From Octopus sinensis (Eukaryota): a stretch of 64,000 nt of DNA. Numbering within the stretch: the stretch's first letter is position 1; every line of letters starts with the position of its first letter. The notes under the pieces are model-generated. The model saw only the letters and a list, made by a program, of their open reading frames with translations, searched no databases and was not told the origin of the DNA. Made by a program: the position numbers and the translations under genes. Below are positions 27,136 to 40,150 of the stretch, in pieces. The DNA lies in NCBI RefSeq assembly GCF_006345805.1, contig NC_043015.1, positions 13,888,001 to 13,952,000 of the forward strand. Reading direction: 5' to 3'.

Positions 27136-27481
27136 TTCATCTCTTTCTTTGCACCCATGAAACAAACTTATACTAGAAAGTGAAAGTGATATGCTACATT
27201 CAAAAGATCTCCAGAGGAAATGAGCCCTAGGTACAACATAGAGTCCATTCCATTTTCAACATCGAATAGTTTCGTTCATTGAATAGTACAGTGATCTGTA
27301 CACTGAAAAGGTGGCACTTTTTGGATAGCTGGCCCTCGAAGTGCCATCCTCACTTCACGGTACCTTGATACTACTGGGAATACTGAAATACTGCGTCGAT
27401 TTATTCGACCAAATTTTTCAAGGCAGTGCAATCAGCATGGCCATAGTCCAATGACTGAAACTAGAAGAGAAAGAGCATAAA

Positions 27482-27553
<72 letters not shown>

Positions 27554-27707
27554 GCGAGAAAGAAGCAACAAGAATGGATAGGTTTTTAGTACAATCGTTT
27601 CATACAAGGACAGGCTTTATTACAACTTTTACAACTTTTAATAAAGCCTGTCCTTGTATGAAACGATTGTACTAAAAACCTATCCATTCTTGTTGCTTCT
27701 TTCTCGC
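27554..27707. repeat. Perfect inverted repeat, 69-bp arms, 16-bp spacer
   Basis: 27554-27622 is the exact reverse complement of 27639-27707. Each arm carries GAAAcgattGTA, a hammerhead 3'-half-like motif. Confidence 0.95.
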
Positions 27708-27823
27708 TTATAATCACCCCACATTACTGTATTGTTAAAACAGTATAGTTTTTTTTGGTGCATCTAAGTTAGGTACCATATTCAAGTAAATTCTTTTAAA
27801 TTAACTTGAATCTTTATTGCTTT

Positions 27824-28022
<199 letters not shown>

Positions 28023-28099
28023 TCAATTGAATATGGTACTTAAGTTAAAGGCACCAGAATTTAGTATGGCATTATCCATATAATTCAAAATGGGGTGAT

Positions 28100-28177
28100 T
28101 ATAATCAAAATAAGCAACAAGGATATCCAGAGGTAATGCATTACCTCTGGATATCCTTGTTGCTTATTTTGATTATA
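28100..28177. repeat. Perfect 78-bp palindrome with no spacer
   Basis: tataatcaaaataagcaacaaggatatccagaggtaatg|cattacctctggatatccttgttgcttattttgattata. Confidence 0.97.
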
Positions 28178-28273
28178 TATATATCCATATAGGCGAAGGT
28201 AAAGAATATGCACGCCCGGTGTTTAGGGTTTAGGTTTCCGCCGAAAACGAGTGGTGTGCGTATTCTTCATTTG

Positions 28274-28327
<54 letters not shown>

Positions 28328-30144
28328 GTTGCACTTCTACGCTCCACACTTCTGTACCCTGTCTATACCCCGTTCCTTTCTAACGAAATGTGTGACTTCG
28401 AGGGACAGCTATTCCAAAACATAGTCTTTGATCTCAGACCTTTTAACAAATAACATATTCTGCGTAGGTTAACAAAAGCACTTTTCCCTTAAAACAAATT
28501 CCAACGAATCAGACTGAACTTAAACAGTGACAAAACACGAAAACTATCTGTAAAAGTTTCATTTTGTTTTATTTGATCATTTCTTTTAAATTTAATAAGT
28601 AATGTTGTGAGGAAATGTGTATGTGAGTATGTGAGTATGTGTATCTCTGTGCGTAAATCATTTTACTTTTCATTCGATAACCACTGAAATACTGGAAAAT
28701 GTTTATGTTACAAGCTTTAAAAATATTTAAGCAAAAATTGAAGTATTTGAATCACAATACGCAAGTTTATTTTGATTGTCAAACTGGAAAACAGTTATTT
28801 CATCAATTTCAATATATTTTGTCTTTCTCTCTCTTTTTTTTTTTTCTTAATTAAAACAATTACGTTGCGGTAGAATGTCACATCAACTATATTGTTATAT
28901 CTACATTCGTTTAATTATTATTTTTTTCAACAAAACGATATTGCAAATGATGTAAGCATGTTTTATTTACCATTTTTCAGTTTTTTCCTCGTTCTCTTTC
29001 TCCGTCTCTTTGTTCCTCTCATCTTCACTCGGTCTCCTCCCCACCCCCATACAACTTTTTTTTTTTCAATGATGTTGTCATTAGCCAAACATTTTTCTTT
29101 TTCTTCAACTGATCATATTATTGTTTGGTTTGTTGGTATCAACCAAATCCCGAAACTTTTTTCTCTCCACAAATCCTTTCTTCTATTTAGTTTGGTTTTT
29201 AAATTTTTTTCCCCTTTCGTTGTATTTTTACAAACAAATTTCAGTAAAATTTCATGCTAAAATTTATTTACCTCTTCGAAACAGCTGAATTTTTTTTTTT
29301 TTCCGGCTTTTTCACCCCACCCTCAGCAATTTATTCCAAACGAGATAAAAAAAAAAAAAAAACACATTAAGAGTTATTTCCCTTAAACTCTAAACTCATT
29401 ATGTTCATGATGTAATTATTGTATTTTAATGCAGTGCAGTAGTTGTTGGAATTAATAAATATAAATTTTCATAAATGGATTTCTACAAATAATAGACAAC
29501 ACATTTATATTATATATATAATTTCAATTCAATAAATATTCGTTGCATAATTTCCACAGAAAATCCGTTGGTCATAAATTGTCAACAGTGAGACATAGCA
29601 AGAATTTGTTTTTGTTTACATTGATTAAAAAAAGAAAAAAGAATAAAAGATTCCTTTTTTTTGCGAATGATATCATATGAAGAGCATATGAAACTGCCTT
29701 TTAACTCTCAATTTCTTACGATGAAAACCTTTTCTTTCTCCTTCTTTTTCTTCCAATATACTCTTGAATTTCTGCAAATTGGATAAGAAATTGTTGCTTC
29801 AGATTCGACAAAAAGATTTCCTTCTTTTTCGCAAGCTCAATTTCATTCGGGCTTGATCAATTTTTCTTTCTTTTTTTTTTAAAGTCAAATATGTTGTACT
29901 CCTACAGACTTTCAAAGATGTATTCCTTTCAATGAGAATCTTAAAATCAATACTGTCACTTTTGGGAACAATTCACTTTCAGTTATCGCCACGAACGTGC
30001 TTGTTCTTTGTTTCAAAGCATAAATTCCTTATTTCATGATGTTTACTTTTAAAGCAAGTAAGGTTTTGAAATAAATAAATGCATGTAGAATGAATGACGA
30101 ATTGAATGTTCATGAAATAAAATCACGCTAAGAAGTTCTTCCTT

Positions 30145-30519
30145 TCAATAACCTCGCTGTCGAATCTGTGAACCGAATTTTGTTATTTCATAGATACAAG
30201 AACCGGGTGAGTCAGTGTGCGCTAGTCCCACGACAAGACTCTTTTTACATTTGCAAGCCACAAAAAGAGTTTGATCAGCTCTACCGACGAACGCATTTGG
30301 TGTTGTATGATGCATGCAGGTATATGAGTTGCCTGCCAGTTTCATCTGTATCAGCTGCTTTTTTTGATCCGTGAGACATTGCATTAAAGATTTGATCTCA
30401 TTGACACTTAACTCGACTCCATCAGTGTTGGCAATTTTTTCTCCGTTAAAGTTATAGATAGCTGCATGTTCGACTTTGCCACGAGCCGTTAGCTTGTACA
30501 GGACATCTCGCATCAGCAT
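30145..30519 (-). CDS. Divergent profilin-family protein, single exon, 124 aa
   Basis: Profilin size and pattern (L..G.V.HAAI...G...A..G..LS..EI..L; G..Y.C; LVVG....PGSC....G..R..GY). aaaATG context, in-frame stop 8 codons upstream, intact frame. Confidence 0.82.
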   Translation of the reverse strand: MLMRDVLYKLTARGKVEHAAIYNFNGEKIANTDGVELSVNEIKSLMQCLTDQKKQLIQMKLAGNSYTCMHHTTPNAFVGRADQTLFVACKCKKSLVVGLAHTDSPGSCIYEITKFGSQIRQRGY

Positions 30520-30656
30520 TTTGAGTTCGGTAAGTTTTTCTCACGAGTTGTAAATTTGTATTTAAAGATGTCTTTGCTCTTCTTAGGTAACAAAGTCGGG
30601 AACAGCTGTTATCTCACCAACCTGGCTTATTGCAACTGATAGACTGATTTCAACGC

Positions 30657-30662
30657 TTTATA
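30657..30662 (-). promoter_or_regulatory. Candidate TATA box of the profilin gene
   Basis: TATAAAG on the - strand about 140 bp upstream of the ATG; positional evidence only. Confidence 0.35.
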
Positions 30663-31085
30663 TTACTCCTATTTAATCTAATCTATTACGTACAGCACAC
30701 ACATACATGCTCAGACACACCTGTTGATTAGCTGAAGTAGGCGTGTTTATATGGGTGTCACACACTGGAATCCTAGTACGAGCGCGAATGAAAAACCCGT
30801 TACATATAAAAACAAATAATACACCGGATTTATATCTACAATCACATTATCTCATTCCCCAAATAAGGCTACTCACATTTATTCTGGTACCGTTGTTCGA
30901 AAACAAAGAAGGGGAGAAAAATAAACTGTTTTCAGAGCGTGGAAAATAATTTTAATTGATGAAGGCTAATTTTAGATTCAATTTTCTTCAAGAGGATATT
31001 CAATATATAGTTCGTTTACCTGCGTAGAAAATAACAGAACAAATTAATGATAATAACAATATGATAACACACACACACACACACG

Positions 31086-31450
31086 TGCGCATGTGTGGTA
31101 AGAAGTTTGCTACCGAACCGCATGCTTCTGGGTTCAGTCCCACTGCATAGCACCTTGGACAAGTGCTTTCTACAATAGCTTCGGTCCTACCAAAGCCTTG
31201 TGAATGGATTTGGTCGACGGAAACTGAAAGAAGCCCGTCATATTTATATGTGTGTGTGTGTTTGTGTGAGTGTGTCCCACATCACCGCCTGAGAACCGAT
31301 GCTGGTGTGTTTACATCCCTGTAACTTAGTAGTTCGGTAAAAGAGACCGATAGAATAAGTGCTAGGTTTGAAGAAGAAAAAAAAGTTACAGGGGTCGTTT
31401 CGTTCGATTAAACTCCTTCAAGACAATACCCCAGCATGGCCAACTGAAAC
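31086..31450 (+). mobile_element. Older SINE family 1 copy
   Basis: Diverged head, core and tail. Confidence 0.8.
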
Positions 31451-31477
31451 ATGAAGAATATATACAACCCTACATAC

Positions 31478-31545
<68 letters not shown>

Positions 31546-32983
31546 TTCTTCTTTCTTTCTTTCGCTCTCTCTTTCTTTCCTTCTTTCTTTCTTTCGCTCT
31601 CTCTCTTTCTCTTTCTCTCTATCTATCTACCTCTCTATCTATCTATTTATCTGTCTGTCAATTTCTCTATATATACACACACATTCACACACATTCACAC
31701 ACGCACGCACGCACGCACACACACATACGTACATACATATAAAGAAGAAAAGAAAGAAAAAGTACAGTTAATTTCTCTGTCAGATTTTATATCTCTTATT
31801 TCCCTCTTTTATTCTTTTACTCTTTGTTCTTCGTTTACATCTCACCTGTCAATGTTTGCTGACACCAAAGTGGTAGGAGTCGTTTCAGATCGCGTACTTC
31901 CAAAAAGCTGTCAAAAATATTTATCATTGGGGGAAAACCCCTCGAACTGGAATAAAACACGGAATCACATAGTTATATAGGGAATTTGAGATACCTTTTT
32001 TTCTATTTTTGTTTTACTTGTTTTTGGCACTGGACCGCGGCCATGATGAGGCACCGTCTTGAATGAGTTTTTTCGTCGAACAAATCTACCCCACTACTTA
32101 TTTATTTTAAGTCTGGTACTTATTCTATCAGTCTTTTTCGCCGAGCCCCTAAGTTACAGGGACGTAAACGAACCAATACTGGTTGTGAAGTAGTGGCGGA
32201 GGCAAACACAGCACAAACACAGACATACACATTGATGCACACCCATACACATACATGGCCGATTTCTTTCAGTTTCTGTGTACCAAATCCACTCACAAAA
32301 CTTTGGTCGTCAGCCAGGGACTGTCACAGAAATCACTTGCTCAAGTCGCCAAGCAGTGAACCTGAATCCAAAACCTTGTAGTTTGGAAGCAAATTTTTTA
32401 GCTCACAGCGACGCCTGCTCCATTAAAAAAATTATAAGAAGTCTTGAAAGAATGTGTGTAGAACAGTCATGGTCAAACTGCGGCCCACGGGACTTTCTGA
32501 ATGGCACACACACATTTCAGAAGGAAAATACCATTTTTTAGTTGCGCACCCCGCGAAATGATGACCCATGTCTCCTGCTGCCCACTTCTCCAAAAAGGTT
32601 CCCCCTGCCTAGCAGAGAGTCTAGTCTGAGACACGTTGTTTGAATGTAAAGAACGTAGGGCTAGAATATCTTCAAATGATTTTAATTATTTATGTCTAAA
32701 TATTGGTTTGAAGTTTTGGCACAAAGCCAGCAATTTCGGGGGAGGGGCTAAGTCGGGGGACGGGTAATTCGATTATATCTACCCCAGTGCTCAGCTGTTT
32801 CTTATTTTATCAACCCCGAAAGGATGAAAGACATAGTCAATCTCGGCGGAATTTGAACTCAGAACTTAATGACGGACAAAATGCTGCAAAGTATTTTGGC
32901 CGACGTGCTAACGATTTTTTAATATATATGTCTAAAAATATTTTAATATTTATGTCTAAAAAACAAAAACAAAGACACGAAGA

Positions 32984-33424
32984 GACACGTATACGCATCT
33001 AAATGGAAGCACGTGCATGTGGATACACGTAAGTATATTCTTTTAGTTTGGTTTAGAAACCGTGATTAAAGTCTTTCTCTAACACTGCTTTCAGGTCATG
33101 CCATAATTTCTTTGTCTTACTCTCAACTTCTGATATAAATGTGTGTGTGTGAGCGTGTGTCGTGCATGTGTGTATGTATGTACCTATGTATGTATGTATG
33201 TATGTATGTATGTATGTATGTATGTATGTATGTATGTATGTATGTGTACTCTCATACAAATCTCCCTCTATACAAACCGTTTCCACTCCACCACACTCAT
33301 ATAAACTTCAAATGCAAAATTATCTGTCGTTTCAAAATAACAAAATCCACGGCTTTAATAATGTTCAGTATACTTCATACAATGCGTTTCATACTAACTC
33401 CTATACCCAACAAACTCTTTCAAT

Positions 33425-33428
<4 letters not shown>
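32984..33428. repeat. 445-bp direct repeat, copy 2
   Basis: Matches 26691-27135, offset 6293 bp. Confidence 0.92.
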
Positions 33429-33475
<47 letters not shown>

Positions 33476-34232
33476 CACGGGGATATAACCCGTTATTTCC
33501 AAACATGCTGAGTCCGTTTTCCCAAAAGGTAACCCCCACCTTCTGTCAATGAACGATTCATTGCATTCATTTCCAACACCCTAAAGATGATGTAGACAAC
33601 CGTTAACAACAGCTACAACCATTTCTAACTTCACTCTCCCATTTCTCTCTCTCTCCTTCTCTCTCCCAACTCTCCCCTTCTCTCTCTTTCTCTCATTAAT
33701 TTTAATGACCAACACTACGACCTTTGAATGCCAAATCTGCTGAAGATCAATTATCCTATGTCAATTACCAGCGGACTTTCACCCTCGAAAAATTGCTGGA
33801 AGCAGTGTTGTTGCTAACGACATGAACAAAGCTTTTGGCCGGGTCTATCTCACAGATTTCTTGGCAAAACGTCCCGCCTATCGGCTTTATTCACCCTTCA
33901 TCGCTTGGATTGGCAGGTTTCCCGTCAGTGTGTGCGTCAGAGTTCGGTTTTGTTAAAGAACTCTTCTTGTTTTACATTAACAAACTACTTGCCATCAATT
34001 CCATTTCTACGTATATGTCATCGGTCTCAGTTCCTCCTCGCACATAAGCAATGTCACACCAAATATGCACTGATTTCATGAACAGATACCCACAAAACAT
34101 CCTTTAATGGAAGTCATCTCTTTCAACAGACAATAACTCCACGTCAAAAAACATTATCACACCTCCCTATTGCCTAAATAGGAAGAACACAAAACTAGAA
34201 GCCACACAATCACTTTAAATGCTAGGCAACAC

Positions 34233-35362
34233 CAGTGGTGTAGCTAGCATGTGTGCCATTTTTTCCCCACGAGAGTTTCGGACCCCAGTAATGAACTCAT
34301 TTGCATATAGCTAATCAGAGCAGAGCCACCTTTATCTTTTCTTCCTTTCTAGTCAGCACCGTGCATTCTTTACTCTTTCCCTCTCTACTGGCAGACAGTC
34401 ACCTCGCCGTCTAGGTTATGTTTGTTTCTTTTTGTCATTGAGCATTCAGATGGCTGTGAGATGTGCTAAAAATAACAGCTAAATAAGATGTTTTGATAAA
34501 TCTTTTAAATTAAAGTTTATTTGCCAACATCTCGCTCAGAGATTTAAAATCAACTGTTTTTCTCTTTTAAATTAACATAAACATTTATTTACAAGAAAAG
34601 GAATCACCGGAGAACTTTCATCTAATTCGTCTAAATCTTTCTGTAAAATTGTAATGTGTTTATCGCATGTAACGTGTTGTTTATCGCATTTGCATTAAAC
34701 ACTGGTGGTTGTAAGGTGTGCTAAAAATTACAGCTAAATAAGAGTTATTTACATGAAATAAAATTACCGGAGACTTATCACATTGTTTACAAATATTATT
34801 TGCCTACTCAAGGCACAAGACCCGAAATTTTGGGGGATGGGACCAGTCGATTAGATCGACCCCAGTACGCAACTGGTACTTAAATTTATCGACCCCGAAA
34901 GGATGAAAGGTAAAGTCGACCTCAGTGTAGTGCTGTTTTCAGAATATTGACATTAGTGTATTTATAAAAGCAGTTTCCCATACTTTCATATTCGGCCAAA
35001 ACATTATCTTTGATTGCTAGAGTAATTCAAACACACCACTAACAAGTCTATGTGCACAGTATCGATGATATTGGCATCTGAATGAGCACAATACAAGATT
35101 CGCATGGTAATCGGAGGTCACCATTTTGAATGCCAACATTTGTTAACCCTGATTGGTTGCATACAAATGAGTACTTTACTGGGGTGCGGAACTCTCGTGG
35201 GGAAAAAAAAAATTCGCATCCAGGGCAACCCTTGAGCTTGACGATCAATTCTCTCCCAGGATCCCAAGCCTATACATTCTTATACAGCAGACCAAAAAGT
35301 TCCACCCCATAATAGTGCCGCCTGGGGCCAACTACCCCCTCCCCTACTAGCTATGCTACTAG
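34233..35362. mobile_element. Possible non-autonomous DNA transposon (cagtggtgtagctag-type termini)
   Basis: Imperfect 16-bp TIRs (12/16). No target-site duplication seen. Confidence 0.3.
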
Positions 35363-35559
35363 TATTCCTTTATTCCTTTATTGAACTCCCCTTTATTGAA
35401 CTCAATCACAACAACTACTGAAGATCCTCTTTAGAGCCAAAAAGTACTTCAGTCTCCAACAAAACTCAAGTTAGACCCATGGTGGGGTACTACACCTCAA
35501 TAGTAGATGATATGCTTCTGAAAAATACAGTCGTCCTAGACCATATTAAGAAAAAAGCA

Positions 35560-35777
35560 ATGAAGTCTTTCACTCATAGATTCCAACTTCTGGTCCATAG
35601 ACGTGGTGTCTTCTACTTCGGCTTTTTCACCAATGGGATCCAATGGAATCCAAGCACTGCAACACTACTGGGAGAAGTGCGTGGACTGCAAGGGGGACTG
35701 TGTTGAAAAATAAGCCTCGTTTGATCACATTCCATGAGATTATCTTGGTAGCCTATGAACTTTTCAGCCGATTCTCG
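35560..35777 (-). mobile_element. Mariner terminal fragment
   Basis: TA|cgagaatcggctgaaaagttcataggct terminus related to the 1606 TIR. Confidence 0.5.
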
Positions 35778-35825
35778 TATGTATGAACGTAAATGTATAT
35801 TTATGTATGCGGATGTAGACAGATA

Positions 35826-35854
35826 AATCAAAGTGACATACATACATACATACA

Positions 35855-35886
<32 letters not shown>

Positions 35887-36220
35887 CATACATACATACA
35901 TGCATGCATGCATGCATACATACATACGTACGTACGTACGTACGTACATACATACATACATACACACATACATACACACGTACATACATACATACATACA
36001 ACCATACATACACACATACATACATACGTACACACGTACACACGTGCACACATACTAACATACATACATACATACATACATACATACATACATTAGATAC
36101 ATACACACATACACACATACATACATTAGATACATACACACATACATACATACATACATACATACACACATACATACATACATACATACATACATACATA
36201 ATACATACATACATACATAC
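35826..36220. repeat. Compound (TACA)n microsatellite
   Basis: Direct reading; it explains the MYVC/HTYI ORFs in the track. Confidence 0.95.
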
Positions 36221-36689
36221 AAACAACTTGGAATTCAATGAACCTGGGTAATACTCAGCTGTTAATAGTTTCAAACAGTTTACTAAGCTAATGGAAGATG
36301 GATCTGTATGATTGATATTGATTCAGTTCCAAAGTTTGTATTATTTCGATTTCGAGAATTATTGTTATATGAACGGCCAATATTTGGCATTACTAATTAA
36401 AGCGTATGGGAATAGACAGGTGTTGACATATAAGTCTGCAACGTATGAGCATTAGAGAGGACACGCACGCGCGCGCGCATGTCTGAGTGTCGGCGTGGAA
36501 TGAACAAAACCTTAGCATCGAATTAAAAACTATTTTGTGGCAGTATGACTTGTCTGTCTGTCTGTCCGTTTCTCCTCCTTCCCTCACCCTCTCCTGATGA
36601 GGGCCATAAAATAAGCACCAGAAAAAGTATTTGAGTCACAGTCTATTGACTTAAACCACGACAAAAAATATTTTATACACACACACAAA

Positions 36690-36768
<79 letters not shown>

Positions 36769-36770
<2 letters not shown>

Positions 36771-36892
36771 CTGTGTGGTAAGTAACCACTGCGTGGCACC
36801 TTGGGCAAGTGCCTTCTACTATAGCCTCGGGCCGATCAAAGCCTAGTGATTGGATTTGGTAGATGGAAACTGAAAGAAGCCCGTCATATGTG

Positions 36893-36930
<38 letters not shown>

Positions 36931-37006
36931 ACACACACACACACACACCACACACACACACCACACACACATATATTTATATATATATTATATATAATAT
37001 ATATAT

Positions 37007-37048
<42 letters not shown>

Positions 37049-37300
37049 AGATGTATGTATAAATGTATGTAGTGTGTATATGTTTTGTTTGTCTGTGTTT
37101 GTCCCCCAACATCGCTTGACAACCGATGCTGGTGTAGTTACGTCCCCGTATCTTAGCGGTTCGGCAAAAGAGACCGATAGAATAAGTACTAGGCTTCCAA
37201 AGAATAAGTCCTGGGGTCGATTTGCTCGACTAAAAGGCGGTGCATGGCCGCAGTCAAATGACTGAAACAAGTAAAAGAGTAAAGAGTAAGAGTAAGAGTA
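36769..37300 (+). mobile_element. SINE family 1 with deleted head segment and expanded internal microsatellite
   Basis: ggctgtgtggtaagta|accactgcgtgg junction, standard tail. Confidence 0.85.
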
Positions 37301-37442
37301 AATCTGAAAAAAGCACACTAAAAAGTTTTTTGTTTTTGTTTTTTTAGCAGTAATATTTTATGTAGTCGATGCGCCACAGGTACACGTGTAGGACCCCCAG
37401 CAACGGCATCAATAGCAGCAATAGCAACAACAGCAGCACCAG

Positions 37443-37625
37443 AAACGCAGGAAATATGTTGAAGCAACGGAGGGCTACTTTAAGCTGTGGCTAAATAACC
37501 ACAGGTCCTCTTTTAGGTACCTAGAATAGTGCAGCGTTATGGTATTGGTCAACTACACATGGCATTTAAAAGAAGAGTGAAAGTCATACGGGATTTAATG
37601 GAAGTTCTTGAAACAACTTGTGCCA
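37443..37625 (+). mobile_element. Decayed Penelope-like GIY-YIG endonuclease fragment
   Basis: My translation: RKYVEATEGYFKLWLNNHRSSFRYLE*CSVMVLVNYTWHLKEE*KSYGI*WKFLK, matching the PLE pattern YIG.T...FK.R.NNH.SSF..Y.W.LK...Y.I.W. Confidence 0.6.
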
Positions 37626-37709
37626 ACGGAAAGAGACGATGCAAACTTTGCGTGTGCGTGTGTGTGTGTATATGTCAGGTCACTTTCGAGTGCTACTGGT
37701 AACATGTAA

Positions 37710-38215
37710 CCCAGTACAACCTGTGGCATGGTCGGGTCGTCGGCGACTAAACCGGCAACCCCACCAAGCTTGTTTGGTGAGGAGGGTGTTTATTGGACAC
37801 CCTGCGGGATGAAAAGCAAAACCCGTCAAAGGGCGGGGAAACTCTTGAGAGTCAACGGCCATCTAATAAATGTTTTAAGGCTGTATCATGCGCGGGGACG
37901 TAGAAATAATCGGACTGAATACCCGATCGCGCGGTTAATCCATTGGGAGTGAAGGACTCCTAGCCTTTGTTAGGGCATCCTTCTAAGAGAAGGTAACTCA
38001 GGTAACTGGAATAATTCCGACATAAAACCTGCGGCTCAGTGGTTACCGATGATGTTGATTGTTCTTCTTTTCGGATTATGGCTGCTGTTGCTTAGTGAGT
38101 GGGATTGACTCAGTGTACAGCCTTTCCTTACTTAAAAAAAAATCTTCTTGCACAGGCATTGCACGATAACAGCATTGATTAAGCTTCGTGCAATGGCCAT
38201 ACTCGATAACGAGGG
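37710..38215 (+). mobile_element. Probable 5' region of an RTE-type LINE
   Basis: GC-rich hairpins and gggcatccttctaagagaaggtaactc motif typical of RTE 5' UTRs; recognised by resemblance only. Confidence 0.45.
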
Positions 38216-38223
38216 GGCAGCCA

Positions 38224-38259
<36 letters not shown>

Positions 38260-38303
38260 CGCTTTTATCCTTCGAAACGTAGAGTAGATGAAACCCTTGG
38301 AAT

Positions 38304-38687
38304 GAATTGGAAGCACTCCGTCGGTTGCGACGAGGAGGGTTCCGGTTGATCCGAATCAACGAAACAGCCTGCTCGTGAAATAACGTGTAAGTGGCTGAGC
38401 ACTCCACAGACACGTGTACCCTTACGTATTTCTCGGGGATATTCAGCGGTGACACAGAGAGTGACAAGGCCGGTCCCTTGAAATACAGGTATAACAGAAA
38501 CAGAAGTAGAGTGAGAGAAAGTGTGTGGTGAAAGAGTACAGCAGGGATCACCACCATCCCCTGCCGGAGCCGCGTGGAGCTTTAGGTGTTTTCGCTCAAT
38601 AACACTCACAACGCCCGGTCTGGGAATCGAAACCGCGATCCTATGACTGCGGGTCCGCTGCCCTAACCATTGGGCCATTGCGCCTCC
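38304..38687 (-). mobile_element. tRNA(Arg)-like-headed SINE (OR type)
   Basis: Head shared with 6426, tail shared with 24597-24872. Confidence 0.8.
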
Positions 38688-38920
38688 ACACGAGATGAAA
38701 CCATAACGACTGAAGAAGGGGTTTTTTTCCTTGTGTTATTTGTCCTGTACTCTATTTTTTTGCTGTTTTTTAAAAAATGTCCAGTTCCTTTGGTTTGTGT
38801 CTATGTTTTCGTTTCTCATTGTGTTCGACGTCCTTTTGGTGTCCTGTACTCATATATGCGTGTATATGTACATGTAGAGGTAGGTACGTACATATATGTT
38901 TATATATATGCATATGTTTA

Positions 38921-38996
<76 letters not shown>

Positions 38997-39022
38997 CGTA
39001 TGTATGTATGTACGTATGTATG

Positions 39023-39232
39023 TATTCTTTTATTCTTTCATTTGTTTCAGTCATTTGACTGCACCCATGCTGGAGCACCGCCTTTAGTCGAACACATCGA
39101 CCTCAGGACTTATTCTTTGTAAGCTTAGTACTTATTCTATCGGTCTCTTTTGCCGAACCGAAAATTACGGGGACATAATATTCACCAATATCGGTTGTTA
39201 AGCAATGGTGGGGAGACAAACACACGCACGCA

Positions 39233-39291
<59 letters not shown>

Positions 39292-39464
39292 TATATATAT
39301 TATATATATATACGACGGGCTTCTTTCAGTTCCCACCTACCAAATCCATTTACAAGGCTTTGGTCGGCCCGAGGCTATAGTAGAAGATACTTGCCCAAGG
39401 TGCCACACAGTGGGATGGAACCCAGAACCATGTTGTTGGTAAGCAAGTTACTTAACACACAGCC
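39023..39464 (-). mobile_element. SINE family 1
   Basis: Standard head, core and tail on the - strand. Confidence 0.88.
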
Positions 39465-39744
39465 GCTTTTGCCCGTATTTTTTCGCATATTTAAAAAAAA
39501 TTGAAAAAAGCTTTTTAAAAATGAAGAAATTAGGGTTGGGGAGTGGGGGTAATTTCAAAATGCCGATATTTTCCAACTTTTTTGCAGATTCGTATTCTCC
39601 GTAGCCGAAAACGGGGGTTGTTTAGAAAAATAATAATAAAGGGGTTTTTGGTGGGGGACAAAAGGATGTATGTTTTTTATTTTTATATATTTAAGCTTTT
39701 ATAAACTTTCCCCACACTCTTCGGAGTACCCATGTCTTCTCTTT

Positions 39745-40150
39745 TTTTTTTTTTTTGCGGGTAAGGAACATAGTGATGGGCAGTTGTTGGCGCTGCCTCT
39801 TCCGTGTAAGGAGGTTTTTATAAACCTCCATCTCTGTCGATTGTATTTCTGAAGTGCAAAGCACGAATCATCTAGGGTTCCCAATCTTCTGCCATTCTCT
39901 GAAGTTCTTTTGCCGTTTTTGCTAGAGTTGAGAAGCGTTCTAGTGATAGGCCCACAACTTCCCCCTGGATCCTCTTGTTCTTCCTCTTTTTCCTCACTTG
40001 CTGACTTCATCATCTCTGTCAGACTTTCATCCGTTAACAGATCTGAGTGACCCTCGATCACGTTATTAACGTCCTCGGTAGTCATATCGGTGAAGCCATC
40101 TCCTCCGAGTAATTTTGCCAGCTTCACTGGCAAATTCACAAGATTCACAA
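39745..40150 (-). mobile_element. Tigger/pogo transposase C-terminal fragment
   Basis: LAKLLGGDGFTDMTTEDVNNVIEGHSDLLTDESLTEMMKSASEEKEEE followed by frameshifted QLPITMF-like tail. Confidence 0.7.

Noticed and set aside
28892-29260. 122-aa hydrophobic ORF
   Set aside because: Product of T-rich low-complexity sequence, probably the antisense of the profilin 3' region
33716-34170. Unique-looking segment with a - strand acceptor and a DDIYVEMELMASSL kinase-like word
   Set aside because: Stops in all frames and no further kinase motifs
35613-36274. Long ORFs rich in MYVC/HTYI (also 7336, 26846, 33139, 36846, 40957, 49279 and others)
   Set aside because: Translations of (TACA)n, (TA)n and (CA)n microsatellites; no coding signal
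36590-36650. CTGATGA...GAAA hammerhead candidates at 36594, 54122, 57716, 5356(-) and 25282
   Set aside because: No complementary stems I/II/III or NUH in the right register
37710-37830. HDV-like ribozyme at the RTE 5' end
   Set aside because: Only simple hairpins found; I could not build the nested double pseudoknot by eye
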